DNA of 18,874 nucleotides from a virus: UHGV virus genome UHGV-0311022; one strand, 5' to 3'. Shown piece by piece: positions 8,801 to 15,369 of this stretch (position 1 is its first letter; each line of letters starts with the position of its first letter). The notes under the pieces were generated by a model. It saw only the letters and a program-made list of their open reading frames with translations, ran no database searches and was not told where the DNA came from. The position numbers and the translations under genes were made by a program.

Positions 8801-9956
8801 TGTTTTCCTGATAGCGTGAATAGCCACCCTGCGCCGCATTAATCGTCCCCTGTTCCGTGGCATTTCTGACAATGCCGCTTTTAACGGTCTTCGCCGTGCC
8901 CCGCATCGCCAGATTAAGCAACTGAGCATCGCCCAGTTTTGCCGCCATGGCATTCACAGCCAGCAATTCAGGATCGGTTGCCAGCTGCGCACGCACCTCA
9001 TCGGCAACACGCTCTTTTGCCAGGTCCATTTTCTGGCGGTCAGTAAGCTGCGCGTGCTGCGGATCTGCATCAATTGACAAAAAGGTCTGCTGAAATTTCG
9101 GTGACTTCGCCAGCTCAGAATAATCCGCGTTAAGAACAGCATCTGCCGCTGCCATTGCACTCCGCCCTTGCGCACTGACAGTGGAATGGGTGATCAGGCC
9201 TGCCTGGAAAAAATCCGGCATTTTTTTATCGACAGCTTCGGCTGCCAGTGCTGTGGCTCTTTCCGGCTGCATCCCTGCCGCGATGTATTTTTTCTCCAGC
9301 CCGGCGGTCAGCACTTTTCGCAGAGTGACATCACCCAGCTTTTTAGTCACACCGCCTGCAACCATATCCGGTACAAGCGCACCAATCAGGTTAACCCCTT
9401 TCGCTACCCAGACCGCTGAATCATCATATCCTTCAGTCATCGGTGTATTCAGCGCCCGCTGCGCCCCCGGCGACATCTTGCCAGTCAGCCATTCATCCGA
9501 GGCTTTAGCGCCGCCACTGACGGCCTTGCCTGTGACCTTCAGACCTTTACCGACAGTATCAGTAACCGCATTTTTTCCATCAGGCAGAGTGTCGATGACC
9601 TCATCCGCCCCCTTGCTGCCACCGACAAAAATATCCTGAACAGTTGCGACTCCCGGCAGCCCCATACGGCTGAACTCATTTAAAATACGTACCCCTGTTT
9701 TTACCGGGCTCTGAATCATCGCATCACCGAGTCCACGGGCCATTTCCCCTGTCCCCCGGACGGACTGGGCGACACCTTTCCCCATAGTTGGCAATACATC
9801 GCCCAGGCTGAACGACGTGCTGTTGTCCTTCCAGCGATTGGGATCGGAGAAAAACACATCATAGCTGTCAGTCTCTCCCGGCTGCTGAATGTTCAGGCTG
9901 TTGCGGCTCTGGTTGCCAAATTGCGCTTCAGGGCGCTGTTCATCGGAATAAGCCAT
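5727..9956 (-). CDS. Giant multidomain protein (1409 codons), probably the N-terminal part of the same split gene; contains a zincin-like HEWFH motif
   Basis: ATG at 9956 with GGAG 5 nt upstream. Uninterrupted 4.2 kb ORF. HEWFH at 6123-6137. Low-complexity E/Q/R/P-rich central region. The last 27 codons before the final 5 (…KARMAGVENDYLVNIRKADDHGQPDTY) lie in repeat B'; the ORF then ends TPLRE* inside repeat copy A'. Confidence 0.85.
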   Translation of the reverse strand: MAYSDEQRPEAQFGNQSRNSLNIQQPGETDSYDVFFSDPNRWKDNSTSFSLGDVLPTMGKGVAQSVRGTGEMARGLGDAMIQSPVKTGVRILNEFSRMGLPGVATVQDIFVGGSKGADEVIDTLPDGKNAVTDTVGKGLKVTGKAVSGGAKASDEWLTGKMSPGAQRALNTPMTEGYDDSAVWVAKGVNLIGALVPDMVAGGVTKKLGDVTLRKVLTAGLEKKYIAAGMQPERATALAAEAVDKKMPDFFQAGLITHSTVSAQGRSAMAAADAVLNADYSELAKSPKFQQTFLSIDADPQHAQLTDRQKMDLAKERVADEVRAQLATDPELLAVNAMAAKLGDAQLLNLAMRGTAKTVKSGIVRNATEQGTINAAQGGYSRYQENTALRETAGMDVSPWEGVADATIEGAALGAAMGAPFGAAAGYRGKRQAADEAAMREAESVPQDESAPQPEPVDPVAQHRESMQGMNREQLLEQYADADMAHEGDTSAVHRREAASQLLNELDEQAKRQAVMDELKAKPRPELLEEYRKLSQKEGRTDTEEQQLQAIRDVLRPQREARPEAQPQPENADDGDGSIYPTVRFRDPDEVRIEINESGASRPAERIEKVRPDNRYFTDEKSALGSDVFRNASATGLKPSVVKKGENQYAVEMDNPAFSEDVATETINTLADGERITDADPMEQPAFMRDPRFRGFTGDDTEVQARLARGNAPTAEELVRSQMAEGDAGPTAQELTERPRLPAPGDIHPGQGYPLPGEVARTPDENQAGRGGRFTTTGEVKGQSFQKGRAQAPENAAGRQGEILEGETVRRGLPSPDEQNATAPVREGLPAPESQRGVDMPQPESLPRMVRDSLPELAQQAEARRQTGDNRQTITDVPDTEVPVPVDKPSTHQQARGAKIEDFGEEIKGAAKHRYAQLAEAMGKTLEDGEYATQPLSKLFPKPDYARLEKEGVDSDTLAMMALYRSEIPTRTSRNMQKWISIVKSGREATAGMLEGKIPAAKLADMMDSKPGLRSMSDTWKLLRTLSALQIDKASGYRVRSGVYSFVGGKRYDPPQMMYSLRDSKGRDLFFSESRDELLKKAKAYFDEQGSRERETPATSADDRITFDVYRHKASGDIFIGYGKNRQKLKGGFESARDAHDYVRTHRDELVNQVKALREVSREEQRNATNRDRTGPERRKGDVSPEQFSDAFGFRGVQFGNYVESPRRQADLNRAYDSLHDLADVLNVPTKALSLNGRLGLAFGARGKGKAAAHYEPGEVAINLTKGNGPGALAHEWFHSLDNYFGRYDVSTDGKITSGGDYMTEAQRAGRVFKDGRYVDAEYPVRQEVYDAFKGVMKAINSSDMLRRSERLDGVRSKPYWSTDVEMAARAFERYVQDKARMAGVENDYLVNIRKADDHGQPDTYTPLRE

Positions 9957-9967
9957 ACAGACTCCAT

Positions 9968-9993
9968 AAAAAAACCCGGCACAATGACCGGGT
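9968..9993 (-). terminator. Intrinsic terminator between the 421-aa gene and the first giant ORF
   Basis: Minus-strand reading: CCCGGTCATTGTGCCGGG hairpin (5-6 bp stem) followed by 7 T, then the SD GGAG and ATG of the 1409-codon ORF. Confidence 0.6.
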
Positions 9994-10024
9994 ATCAGGA
10001 AATAGTATTAACGGGAATGGTGAA

Positions 10025-11290
10025 TTACTGCGCGTAATTCTGTTTCAGACCACGGATAAACTCAGATGCAGAGGCCGCGCTATCATCCCTGGCCTGTTCC
10101 TCCCTGGCCTTTTGAATACGGAGAAAATTCGCATACCCGTGTTCCAGCAATTTCTGATTCTGAGGCTCCAGCATTTCTGGCTGACGGGAGGCCACTTCTC
10201 TGGCAAATGCCTGCTTATCCGGATCATCACCCGCCAAACTGGTAATCCCTTGTTGAATTTTTTGCTGCTGAATTTGCTGCTGATACTGCGGCAGTCCCAT
10301 CGAAGCATAATATTGCGTCACTGCTCCCTGCGCATCACCGCCGTCCTGTGCAACCTTTATCGCTACCTGGCTGGCTCCTTTCTGAAGTTGATCCGCAGAA
10401 AGTCCCTGCTGCTTCGGCGTGAAATAGCCGAAATTTTTCGAAATTTCCGCGAATTTACTGCGTTCCCTGACAAGCTCAACAGCCTTATCAACAGGCACCG
10501 CCAGCACGGTTTGATCATCAGGATGTGCACTGCCGTATTCCGTAACGGGTTTATGTGCTGTAGAGCCATCACTGTATGTGAGATCAAGGCCGATAAGTAT
10601 GTACCCTTCCTGCTGTGCCGGTACTATACTGCCAATCCTGGCCTCTTTTATCGTCTTTTTCCCGGTTGAATCGGGCATGCCAATACGCTGTTGCAGTTCC
10701 GGGCCAAACACCCCGGAAAGGACATCAAGATTCTCCGGCGTATTAAGTGAAGCGATAGCCCTGTCTGGCTTGTCATCAAAGATTTTTTGCAGGTTGTTCA
10801 CGGCCTGACCCGCTTTCGCTACATAGCCATCATTCGCCATCAGCCTCAGCGGATTACCCTCTGACAACTGGCCGTAAAGACGCATTGCTGCATCCCGATC
10901 GCCAGCATCCACAGCCTTTCCAAGCGCCGCCATCACAGGCTGATCGCGCGCCAGCATATCGTTATACTCAAGCCGTCGCTGGTTGTATTTCTGCATCCGG
11001 AGTCGCTGCTGCTCCATACCCAGCGACGCATTCCGGTAATTCTGGTTGGCGTTAAACTCCCTTTCCTGCAGTGCATAATTACGGTCGTCGACTTTGGCTC
11101 TGTAATCAAAGTTCCGCTGATCAACGTCTTTATTATGTTCAAACTGCGACTGTGCAAATTCAAAATCGCGCTCGTTATTTTTCTGTTGTTGAGCAAGCTG
11201 TGCTTCTCGCAAACCAAGTTCCTTACGACGGGTCATTGCCTGGTCAACCGTGCTGAATCCGGCAAGTAAACCCTGTGCAAATCCGCTCAT
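10025..11290 (-). CDS. Hypothetical phage protein, Q/E/R-rich, likely coiled-coil (421 aa)
   Basis: ATG at 11290 with AGGAG 6 nt upstream. Long ORF. No recognisable catalytic motif. Confidence 0.8.
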   Translation of the reverse strand: MSGFAQGLLAGFSTVDQAMTRRKELGLREAQLAQQQKNNERDFEFAQSQFEHNKDVDQRNFDYRAKVDDRNYALQEREFNANQNYRNASLGMEQQRLRMQKYNQRRLEYNDMLARDQPVMAALGKAVDAGDRDAAMRLYGQLSEGNPLRLMANDGYVAKAGQAVNNLQKIFDDKPDRAIASLNTPENLDVLSGVFGPELQQRIGMPDSTGKKTIKEARIGSIVPAQQEGYILIGLDLTYSDGSTAHKPVTEYGSAHPDDQTVLAVPVDKAVELVRERSKFAEISKNFGYFTPKQQGLSADQLQKGASQVAIKVAQDGGDAQGAVTQYYASMGLPQYQQQIQQQKIQQGITSLAGDDPDKQAFAREVASRQPEMLEPQNQKLLEHGYANFLRIQKAREEQARDDSAASASEFIRGLKQNYAQ

Positions 11291-11300
11291 TCACCACTCC

Positions 11301-11552
11301 TTAAAACAAAGAACCAGCAATACCACCTATGACAGCACCAATAGCCGCACCGGGGAGACCACCAACAGCAGCGCCCATAGCTGCACCCGTACCAATTCCC
11401 GTGCCGATATTCTGTTTGTTCTGCGCTTTCTGTTGCGCCGCCATCTGTTTGTTCGCGGCCTCAATTTCTTCACGTCGTCTGTCGGCATCACTTATTCCCT
11501 GTAATGCCTCACGCCGCGACTGATTCGCAATATCCAGTAAACCGTATCCCAT
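11301..11552 (-). CDS. Small glycine-zipper membrane protein (83 aa)
   Basis: ATG at 11552 with AGGGGG 4-5 nt upstream. C-terminal GTGIGTGAAMGAAVGGLPGAAIGAVIGGIAGSLF is a run of GxxxG/AxxxG repeats typical of a glycine-zipper transmembrane helix. Confidence 0.7.
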   Translation of the reverse strand: MGYGLLDIANQSRREALQGISDADRRREEIEAANKQMAAQQKAQNKQNIGTGIGTGAAMGAAVGGLPGAAIGAVIGGIAGSLF

Positions 11553-11561
11553 ATTGCCCCC

Positions 11562-12014
11562 TTACGCTGACACCAGTTTTCCGCCAACACTCAGTTGTTG
11601 TCTTGCAGGTGCAGAAGCCCCCGTCAGTATGTTCATCTGGCGATCCTGCTCTGCTTCACGGATACCATTTTTCGCGCCAGCAATTGCCAGAGCATTACGC
11701 AAACCCAGTGTGTTACTGTTGGGATTATCCGGGCGGCTTACCCCGTATCTCGCCATCTGGTTATCCTGCGCCATCTGCGCTGTACGGAGACTGGAAGTGG
11801 CAAGGCCGCCCACCCGGGCAAGCTGTGCATTCATCAGGCTGTTGTTCTCGCCAAGGTCAGCCAGCCTTGCCACGCGGGGCAAATATCTGGTTCGCCAGTC
11901 GTCGTATTGTTGGCGTGTCAGCGCTGCTGACGTCTGCCAGTCACCCTGTGGACGGGCAGCTCCGGTATAACCGTATCTCGCAAGTGTTTCGTATTTACCG
12001 TACTCCATAATCAC
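11562..12014 (-). CDS. Hypothetical phage protein (about 148-150 aa)
   Basis: GTG at 12014 overlaps the stop of the upstream gene (GTGA). An in-frame ATG at 12008 has GGAG 9 nt upstream and is an alternative start. Confidence 0.7.
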   Translation of the reverse strand: MIMEYGKYETLARYGYTGAARPQGDWQTSAALTRQQYDDWRTRYLPRVARLADLGENNSLMNAQLARVGGLATSSLRTAQMAQDNQMARYGVSRPDNPNSNTLGLRNALAIAGAKNGIREAEQDRQMNILTGASAPARQQLSVGGKLVSA

Positions 12015-12667
12015 AGTCTCCAGTTCTGAGCCTGATGCTGAATGGCATTAGCGCCGGTGCCAGGTGTTTTAGCACCGCCACTTCCTCCGCTACCGCCAGC
12101 CTTATACATCGCATATGCACCTACCGCACCCAAACCAGCGCCAACAAGAGAGGCTCGCCCCTGCTGTTTCGTAAACGCAGCCTGTGCGTCCGATTTAGCT
12201 TTTGCCAGACTGCTGTCTGCCAGCGAGTTAAAACTCTGTAACGCATCCGCCTTTTGACCAGAACCGAGAGCAGCAACATCCTGTAGCCCGGCAACATACT
12301 TATCTGCCTGCGATACCTGCCCCCGTGTGGTTGTGTCAATCTGCCCGGTTACCTGATCACTCTGGTTCGCATTCATTACCGCGTTAAAGCGACCACTGGA
12401 CGGGTCAACACCGGACTGAGCAAGATTACCCGCCAGCTCCTTCCGTGCTTCGCCAAACTGTTTCTGATACCCCAGATTTGTGGTGCCAGCAATATTGTCG
12501 TACTGCTGCTCACTGTTCAGGTCATCGACCTTTTCCATGAAGTTATCTTCAGCCGGGCGGAGGATTTTTTGATAATCCTGCCACCCTTTCCAGGCCACTT
12601 CTTCCTGTGCTATTTGCGCTGCTGTTGGTTTTACTTTGGTATCACCACCGCCTTTTTTTCCGCCCAT
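12011..12667 (-). CDS. Hypothetical phage protein with G/A/S-rich C-terminal hydrophobic segment (218 aa)
   Basis: ATG at 12667 with AGGGGG 5 nt upstream. C-terminal …ASLVGAGLGAVGAYAMYKAGGSGGSGG. Sits immediately downstream of an intrinsic terminator. Confidence 0.75.
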   Translation of the reverse strand: MGGKKGGGDTKVKPTAAQIAQEEVAWKGWQDYQKILRPAEDNFMEKVDDLNSEQQYDNIAGTTNLGYQKQFGEARKELAGNLAQSGVDPSSGRFNAVMNANQSDQVTGQIDTTTRGQVSQADKYVAGLQDVAALGSGQKADALQSFNSLADSSLAKAKSDAQAAFTKQQGRASLVGAGLGAVGAYAMYKAGGSGGSGGAKTPGTGANAIQHQAQNWRL

Positions 12668-12685
12668 TATGGCCCCCTGGATAAC

Positions 12686-12707
12686 AAAAAACCCTGCCGG
12701 GGCAGGG
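12686..12707 (-). terminator. Intrinsic terminator downstream of the 133-aa gene, directly upstream of the 218-aa gene RBS
   Basis: Minus-strand reading: CCCTGCCCCGGCAGGG hairpin (6 bp stem, 4 nt loop) followed by TTTTTT. Confidence 0.6.
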
Positions 12708-12758
12708 TCAGAATGTGAATTGCAATTGGTTTACACACGATAATGAATACAGTGGCAG

Positions 12759-13160
12759 TCAGACCGCTATCCTGAACACCATGAAGCCATCCTCATCATC
12801 CGGCATTCGCTCAAAGCCCAGACGTTTTCCCAGCCGGATAAATCCCCGTCTTGCCGTATGAAATTCAGCCCAGCGTCCGCCAGCCAGACGGGTTAATGTC
12901 TTCACCTCCGGCAGATAACGCTCAACGCTGTTACTCCCCGTACACACGCCCAGCAACACCAAAACATAAGGGATACCATCAGCACTGAGCACAGAACGCA
13001 GCACCAGAAAGCCATCAGGTGCCTCAAAACAAAACGCCTGCTTTTTAAGGCAGGCGTCTTTAACTTCATTCATAAATTCAGGGTTGCGGGAATTTCTCAC
13101 AACACGCTGCATATACCGGAGAATTTTGTCGTCCATTCTCTCACCAGAAACGGGTGCCAT
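12759..13160 (-). CDS. Hypothetical protein (133 aa), accessory gene
   Basis: ATG at 13160 with GAGG about 10 nt upstream. Lies between the hok-like ORF and a terminator. No confident family assignment; an acetyltransferase-like C-terminus was considered but not supported. Confidence 0.65.
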   Translation of the reverse strand: MAPVSGERMDDKILRYMQRVVRNSRNPEFMNEVKDACLKKQAFCFEAPDGFLVLRSVLSADGIPYVLVLLGVCTGSNSVERYLPEVKTLTRLAGGRWAEFHTARRGFIRLGKRLGFERMPDDEDGFMVFRIAV

Positions 13161-13216
13161 ATCGGCTGAACCTCAGCAACCAGTTGACGGGGACTTTCGT
13201 CCCCGTCGCGGTTTTC

Positions 13217-13357
13217 CTACTGCTTACACTGTAAGAACGCCGCAAACTCCGCTCCCCACAAATTCAGCCGGAACTCACACAACGAGCCGTGTAACATCCA
13301 GATGGTGAAGATTACCGTCATACAAATTGTGACGGTGATGAGCGATTTTTGCGACAT
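13217..13357 (-). CDS. Hok/Gef-family type I toxin-like small membrane protein (46 aa), absent from the supplied ORF track
   Basis: ATG at 13357 with a perfect AGGAGG 8 nt upstream. Translation MSQKSLITVTICMTVIFTIWMLHGSLCEFRLNLWGAEFAAFLQCKQ has one transmembrane helix followed by SLCEFR…(8 aa)…EFAAF. This aligns with Hok of plasmid R1 ([21 protein letters not shown], from memory) at identical spacing. The SD lies inside an imperfect hairpin (13358-13386). Confidence 0.6.
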   Translation of the reverse strand: MSQKSLITVTICMTVIFTIWMLHGSLCEFRLNLWGAEFAAFLQCKQ

Positions 13358-13542
13358 AGCGCTTGCCTCCTGAGTGGAGAGGCGCTAACCTTCTACTTGC
13401 TTAAGGTATGATGGTTAGGGCCTCGGGTTAAACAAAATGTTTGACTCGGGGCCTTTCCACATCAGGCCTTCAGGTTCACCTTCCAGCCATCAGCCGAAAG
13501 ACACCCGCGCATAATCTACGATTTTTGCCCTGCACGGGCAAC

Positions 13543-13567
13543 AAAAAACCCGCCATCACAGCGGGTT
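13543..13567 (-). terminator. Intrinsic terminator of the lom-like gene
   Basis: Minus-strand reading: AACCCGC-TGTGATG-GCGGGTT hairpin (7 bp stem) followed by TTTTGT, 23 nt after the lom stop codon. Confidence 0.7.
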
Positions 13568-13589
13568 ATGACATGTTGTCGGGTATTAC

Positions 13590-14327
13590 TCAGAATTTCA
13601 GGCCAATGCCTGCAAATAAACCATCAGTTTTCCAGTCGCCAGAGCCTGAGCTTTCATAAGTGACGTCCATAGTAACACTTTCATTGAAGTTAAATTGCGC
13701 GCCGACAGACCATGCAATAGACGTTTTTTTGGTGCTGTTACTTTCAGAAAAACTACCTACACCACCATTAAGATTGTCGTTAACTTTCAAATCATAAGTT
13801 ACTTTTGCAACCGCAACACCTGCCATTGAATACACACTGAGGTATTCATTAAACCGCCACGAAGGACCGGATAGTAGACTCCAGTAATTAGCCCTGATAT
13901 CAGTTCTCGCTGAAGCTGCCGGTTTTTTTACCTCTCGTGATGGATCGGAAGGCTTAACATCAATGAATGCCTGTGCATTAGTCATGGATCGAGCCCATGC
14001 AAAAGAGGTTATAACACCGATCTCATCCGTAATCTCATAACGATACTTAATGTTCATTCCCAAGGGACTTTTCTCTTTACCATCATGGCCCCGGACAAAC
14101 GCATCGTCATATTCTCCAGGTGAATTGAAATAGTTTTCATTCACAAAATTGTTAAAGGTATCAAGGTTATGAAGACTTAAATCCTTAACAAAATTATTCA
14201 GCCCGGATAGCTGAAGGTGAGCGAATCCAAGGGATACGGTACTATCACCAGATGCAGCATGTGCCTGTGCAGTTAATCCACCTAAGCCCAGAGTTGCGCA
14301 CACAAGAAATTTTGTGATACTTTTCAT
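13590..14327 (-). CDS. lom: Ail/Lom-family outer-membrane beta-barrel protein (Lom-like, 245 aa)
   Basis: N-terminal signal peptide MKSITKFLVCATLGLGGLTAQAHA. Motifs NIKYRYEITD, SGPSWRFNEY…MAGVA, SIAWSVGAQFN and a C-terminal SGSGDWKTDGLFAGIGLKF ending in an aromatic residue; these parallel lambda Lom (…KYRYEFTD… SGSGDWRTDG…GYKF, from memory). AGGAAG RBS 9 nt upstream; own terminator. Confidence 0.85.
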   Translation of the reverse strand: MKSITKFLVCATLGLGGLTAQAHAASGDSTVSLGFAHLQLSGLNNFVKDLSLHNLDTFNNFVNENYFNSPGEYDDAFVRGHDGKEKSPLGMNIKYRYEITDEIGVITSFAWARSMTNAQAFIDVKPSDPSREVKKPAASARTDIRANYWSLLSGPSWRFNEYLSVYSMAGVAVAKVTYDLKVNDNLNGGVGSFSESNSTKKTSIAWSVGAQFNFNESVTMDVTYESSGSGDWKTDGLFAGIGLKF

Positions 14328-14453
14328 TTTAAGAATCTTCCTATATTAAAAACATTGTTCTCTCTGTCCTTTCCACATTTTTGATTATTTACCATCCTGC
14401 CTGGAAATAAAAAATAAAAATTTTTCTTAAAATGATTGATAAATTTTATTGTG
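14328..14453 (-). promoter_or_regulatory. AT-rich intergenic region with A/T tracts, putative promoter region of the lom-like gene
   Basis: 126-bp intergenic stretch that looks highly AT-rich with phased A/T tracts, upstream of the lom RBS. A TAAATA -10-like hexamer is present but no convincing -35. Exact elements are not defined. Confidence 0.3.
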
Positions 14454-15080
14454 CTAATCATACATTGAAGTATTAATAACAAGAACTTTGTCTACATAAG
14501 GCTTTCGAATATCCCATGTTGCACCACCTGAATAATGCTCACAGGAATATATTTTATTTCCTGTAGCGCCAGTGGATGTGGTATAAATCGGTCGATCATA
14601 AGGAGTTCTTTTCCAGTTATAATACCCGACCAGTGCAGGCATAATTGCGCATGGATATCCAAGGTCCTTTTCAAATTTGATATCAACAGGTATTAACTTC
14701 GCGTCAAGCAGCATCATTTCGCCATGGTAAATCATCTCACCCAACGGATTATACATGGCGATACCATACTCAGAAGGTTGAGTAACCATATTCGCAAAAG
14801 CATAAACAGTCGTAACACCAGGATTCGTTCCCCTGACAATTTGATGAAGCCTTAAGGCATGATATCCATCAATCTGTTCATGCGTGTACATGACATCGGC
14901 CTTCTTCTCTGTTCTGATAAAGAAAAAACAACTTTTTCCTGACGGAATTGACGTTTTAAAAAAAGCCTTCTCAGTCGCCGGAATAGTTCCCTTATTGATC
15001 AGACACTGAGGCGTAAACCCCGGGCTTATCCACAAGCTGCCATCTGGTTTCGTAATGCTTAAACCATACATACAACTCAC
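14454..15080 (-). CDS. Hypothetical protein (208 aa) in an AT-rich insert, translationally coupled to the upstream 92-aa ORF
   Basis: ATG overlaps the stop of the 92-aa ORF (ATGA at 15080-15077). Visibly lower GC than the flanking tail and giant genes (judged by eye). No family recognised. Confidence 0.6.
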   Translation of the reverse strand: MSCMYGLSITKPDGSLWISPGFTPQCLINKGTIPATEKAFFKTSIPSGKSCFFFIRTEKKADVMYTHEQIDGYHALRLHQIVRGTNPGVTTVYAFANMVTQPSEYGIAMYNPLGEMIYHGEMMLLDAKLIPVDIKFEKDLGYPCAIMPALVGYYNWKRTPYDRPIYTTSTGATGNKIYSCEHYSGGATWDIRKPYVDKVLVINTSMYD

Positions 15081-15355
15081 CCCCAGAATGTATAAATATA
15101 TGACCCCATCCCCTGCTCAAGATTTGACCACATCACCGTATTGCCATTAATGGTTATCTTCGGTACTTTCCGGTCCTTAAATACATTATTCCACGGAAAT
15201 AATGAACAGACTGCCTGCAATGTTTTCCCTTCTGGTTTATTCGTATACGTTTTTGATCCCGACTCCGCCGTAAACCTGTCCAGGAAAAATATGGGAGTAA
15301 GCACGCCCGTAACATTAACGTTATTTCTGTTATAAATGGCAAAACCGTATTCCAA
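15077..15355 (-). CDS. Hypothetical protein (92 aa) in an AT-rich insert
   Basis: TTG start at 15355 with a perfect AGGAGG 6 nt upstream. Coupled to the 208-aa ORF. Confidence 0.55.
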   Translation of the reverse strand: MEYGFAIYNRNNVNVTGVLTPIFFLDRFTAESGSKTYTNKPEGKTLQAVCSLFPWNNVFKDRKVPKITINGNTVMWSNLEQGMGSYIYTFWG

Positions 15356-15369
15356 TACTCACCTCCTGA

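Noticed and set aside
1740-9639. Many 60-200-aa ORFs on the plus strand inside the two giant genes (e.g. 2791-3288, 3285-3656, 6123-6728, 9181-9639) and minus-strand ORFs in other frames (e.g. 8549-8953)
   Set aside because: Shadow or alternative-frame ORFs within long, strongly coding minus-strand genes. No RBS, and they show the biased compositions typical of antisense frames (for example R/H/C-rich).
11329-12339. Plus-strand ORFs antisense to the 83/150/218-aa genes (e.g. 11504-12010, 11554-11970, 12042-12257)
   Set aside because: Antisense shadow ORFs with no start context; the minus-strand genes have proper RBSs and coupling.
12759-13160. Assigning the 133-aa protein to the GNAT acetyltransferase family
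   Set aside because: Only a vague resemblance in the C-terminal RGFIRLGKRLGFE stretch; the canonical acetyl-CoA-binding motif is not evident. Left as hypothetical.
13441-13659. Plus-strand 72-aa ORF
   Set aside because: Runs antisense across the lom terminator and the 3' end of lom; no RBS. Its only possible relevance is that a Sok-like antisense RNA could lie on this strand further left, which cannot be resolved by eye.
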